Position numbers and translations under genes: made by a program. Below the pieces are notes generated by a model that was not told the DNA's origin, did no database searches, and worked only from the letters and a program-made list of their open reading frames with translations. Of a stretch of DNA of 62,133 bases, positions 60,160 through 62,133 are shown piece by piece (the stretch's first letter is position 1; each line of letters opens with the position of its first letter). Origin of the DNA: Nitrospirota bacterium (GTDB lineage Bacteria > Nitrospirota > Nitrospiria > Nitrospirales > NS-4); the NCBI GenBank assembly GCA_005877615.1, contig VBOD01000109.1, positions 1-62,133 of the forward strand, given 5' to 3'.

Positions 60160-60501
60160 TTACCCGCGGGCCTGCACCATCGTCCCCACCTGGCACCCTT
60201 TCACAGGGCAGATGCCCTCGGCACCCAGCGGGGCATTCGGGTGCTCCGGGTTGTCCGTCGGGTGGTACCGGTGGTACCAGGTACACTCCAGGCCATGCGC
60301 CTCGGCTGCGCTCGGCGTGTACTCGAACCAGAAATACCGGTATTTCCCCTCGGCGGCCTCCCGATGGAGGTTGTCGGCAAGGTTGTGATCGGCCCGGCCG
60401 ACACGATCAGCCATCCGCCCGTTCCGTGACAGGATATACGCACCCGGCGAACTCTCCGTCACGAAGAGGTGGATGTACTTCAGGTTATAGGGTCCTGACA
60501 T
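60160..60501 (-). CDS. Small protein with degenerate GIY-YIG-like nuclease motif layout
   Basis: 113 aa with an AAGGAGGGTGGC RBS. GAYILSRNGRMADRVGRADHNLADNLHRE...FWFEY...EAHGLECTWYHRYHPTDN follows the GIY-x10-YIG / R / E / N order of GIY-YIG domains, with substitutions. The C-terminal CPVKGC has no recognised DNA-binding domain. Confidence 0.45.
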   Translation of the reverse strand: MSGPYNLKYIHLFVTESSPGAYILSRNGRMADRVGRADHNLADNLHREAAEGKYRYFWFEYTPSAAEAHGLECTWYHRYHPTDNPEHPNAPLGAEGICPVKGCQVGTMVQARG

Positions 60502-60535
60502 GCCACCCTCCTTTCACGTGAAGATCCCCTAGCGG

Positions 60536-62133
60536 CTACCAGCACCGCGAATAGCCGCAGCCGTAACACTTCTCGCAGTTCTCCGTATGCACCAGCGGAC
60601 TCTTGCAGTCCGGGCACGGCAAGCCTTCCGGGCGAGCCGCCAGCACCCCCGTGGCGGACTCCTGCCGCTGCTCCGGCGGGTGATAGCTCGCCAGCGCCTT
60701 GGCAATGGCGTCCCAGAGAGAGAGGACACGATTCGCCCCGACGCCGTAAGGGTTGCCGTCCTGAATGCCGATCAACTGCCTTGTGATCTCGTGCATCGGG
60801 ATCCGGTAGCGGAGCGCGAGACTGATGAGCCGGCATACGCATTCCAGGTCGGCCTGGATCATGCCACCGGCCTTGGCGACGGTCGCGAACGTCTCGAACG
60901 GCTGCCCGTTAAAGGAATTGATGGTCAGGTACATTTTGCCGTAGCTGGTATTGATCGCGATTGTCTCCCCGCTCACCCGGGTCGGCCGCTCCAGTTTGGC
61001 CGGCAGCGTCCCAGCCGCATGAGCCACTGCTAGTTGCTCCATCGCCTGGTCGGCGGTGACATGGGTGGGCCCCGATGGCTTCGCGCTCGCCACAGGCGTT
61101 GCCTTCTCCTTCGTGGACAGCCCGACGTTCATGACCTGCTCTTCGCGGCTCCCGTCGCGGTACACCGTGATGCCCTTGCAGCTAAGCTCGTAGGCCATTA
61201 GGTAGGCGGCCATCACGTCGTCCACCGTGGCAGTGTCCGGCATGTTGATGGTCTTGGAGACGCCGCTGTCCGTGTATTTCTGGAAGGCCGCCTGCATGCG
61301 GACGTGCCACTCTGGCGCGATGTCGTGGGCCGTGGCGAAGACCTTCTGCCACTGCTCGGGGATCTCCGGGATGCCCCGGGCCGAGCCGTGGTTGGCCAGG
61401 ATCTTGTCCAGCAGCCCGTCCTGCCAGAATCCTTCCCGTTTGGCCGTTTCGATGAAGAGGTCGAGGACATACGGCAGGTGCTCGCCGTCCATGACGTTCT
61501 TGAACCAGATGAGACTAAACTCCGGTTCGCAGCCGCCCGACGTATCCGCGATCATGCTGATCGTGCCGGTCGGGGCCACGGTGGTCACGTAGGAGTTCCG
61601 CACCCGCTGGCCGCGCGCCTCGTGGCGGGAGCCCTTCCAGGAGGGGTACACGCCGCGCTTCTCGGCCATACGCCGGGACTCGTCGTAGCCGATCTCGGAG
61701 ATGAACTTCATGACCTGTTCGCCCATCTGGATGCCGGCTTCCGAGTCGTACTGGACGCCCAGATTGAAGAGCATGCGGGCGAATCCCATCACACCCAGGC
61801 CGATCTTCCGGTTGTCCTTGGTGCATTTCTCGATCTCCGGGATCGGGTACTTGTTCATATCGATGACGTTGTCCAGGAAATGGACGGAGGTCCGGATGGA
61901 CCGCTCCAGGTGGGCCCAGTCGATCTCGTACCGGCCATCCTCGGTGCGGGTGAGATGGTTCTCCAGATTGATGCTCCCGAGATTGCACGACTCGTAGGGC
62001 AGCAGCGGCTGCTCGCCGCACGGGTTGGTGGCCTCGATCATCGCGTAGTGTGGCGTGGGATTCGTCCGGTTGGCCTGATCGATGAAGAAGAGCCCCGGCT
62101 CGCCGTTCCGCCAGGCGCACTCCGCAATTTTGT
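60536..62133 (-). CDS. nrdJ: Adenosylcobalamin-dependent (class II) ribonucleotide reductase, C-terminal about 530 aa (5' end beyond window)
   Basis: By hand translation the frame stays open upstream of the track's Met to the window edge (..KIAECAWRNGEPGLFFIDQANRTNPTPHYAMIEATNPCGEQPLLPYESCNLGSINL). C-terminal Cys cluster CPDCKSPLVHTENCEKCYGCGYSRC. Confidence 0.93.
   Translation of the reverse strand, partial: KIAECAWRNGEPGLFFIDQANRTNPTPHYAMIEATNPCGEQPLLPYESCNLGSINLENHLTRTEDGRYEIDWAHLERSIRTSVHFLDNVIDMNKYPIPEIEKCTKDNRKIGLGVMGFARMLFNLGVQYDSEAGIQMGEQVMKFISEIGYDESRRMAEKRGVYPSWKGSRHEARGQRVRNSYVTTVAPTGTISMIADTSGGCEPEFSLIWFKNVMDGEHLPYVLDLFIETAKREGFWQDGLLDKILANHGSARGIPEIPEQWQKVFATAHDIAPEWHVRMQAAFQKYTDSGVSKTINMPDTATVDDVMAAYLMAYELSCKGITVYRDGSREEQVMNVGLSTKEKATPVASAKPSGPTHVTADQAMEQLAVAHAAGTLPAKLERPTRVSGETIAINTSYGKMYLTINSFNGQPFETFATVAKAGGMIQADLECVCRLISLALRYRIPMHEITRQLIGIQDGNPYGVGANRVLSLWDAIAKALASYHPPEQRQESATGVLAARPEGLPCPDCKSPLVHTENCEKCYGCGYSRCW

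Overview
This is a GC-rich, gene-dense chromosomal segment made almost entirely of core housekeeping genes, mostly on the minus strand. Many neighbouring genes are translationally coupled (ATGA or TGATG start/stop overlaps). In window order the recognisable blocks are:
- a proteasome locus (mpa-dop-prcB-prcA), then thiS-thiG-thiE and groES-groEL
- a ctpA / M23-EnvC-like / ftsX / ftsE chain
- the ffh-rpsP-KH-rimM-trmD-rplS-rnhB-yraN cluster, then uvrB
- pdxJ-nnr-tsaE-HIT, then mutS
- a sigma54 two-component pair followed by a repeat-containing membrane protein, clpX and a REC-PATAN regulator
- the rimP-nusA-infB-DUF503-rbfA-truB-rpsO-pnp-M16 peptidase cluster
- dat, a YfhL-type ferredoxin, ugd and polA
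- five tandem HEAT-repeat genes
- nth, rpsU and a 5'-truncated class II ribonucleotide reductase.
Gram-negative-type envelope genes together with an Mpa/Dop/PrcBA proteasome suggest a Nitrospirota-like organism; this is inference only. I found no rRNA, tRNA, CRISPR array, transposase or integrase.
The best candidates for undescribed biology are:
- the five-gene HEAT-repeat block directly downstream of polA
- the sigma54-dependent module (histidine kinase, NtrC-type activator, predicted -24/-12 promoter) feeding a repeat membrane protein, a clpP-less clpX and a REC-PATAN regulator, followed by two orphan exported proteins with their own AT-rich control region
- a proteasome locus with no pup gene in the canonical position
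- a degenerate GIY-YIG-like ORF next to nrdJ
- an AT-rich heptad-repeat inverted repeat at 59061..59137.
All family calls come from reading the translations and recalling known motifs. No database search was run.
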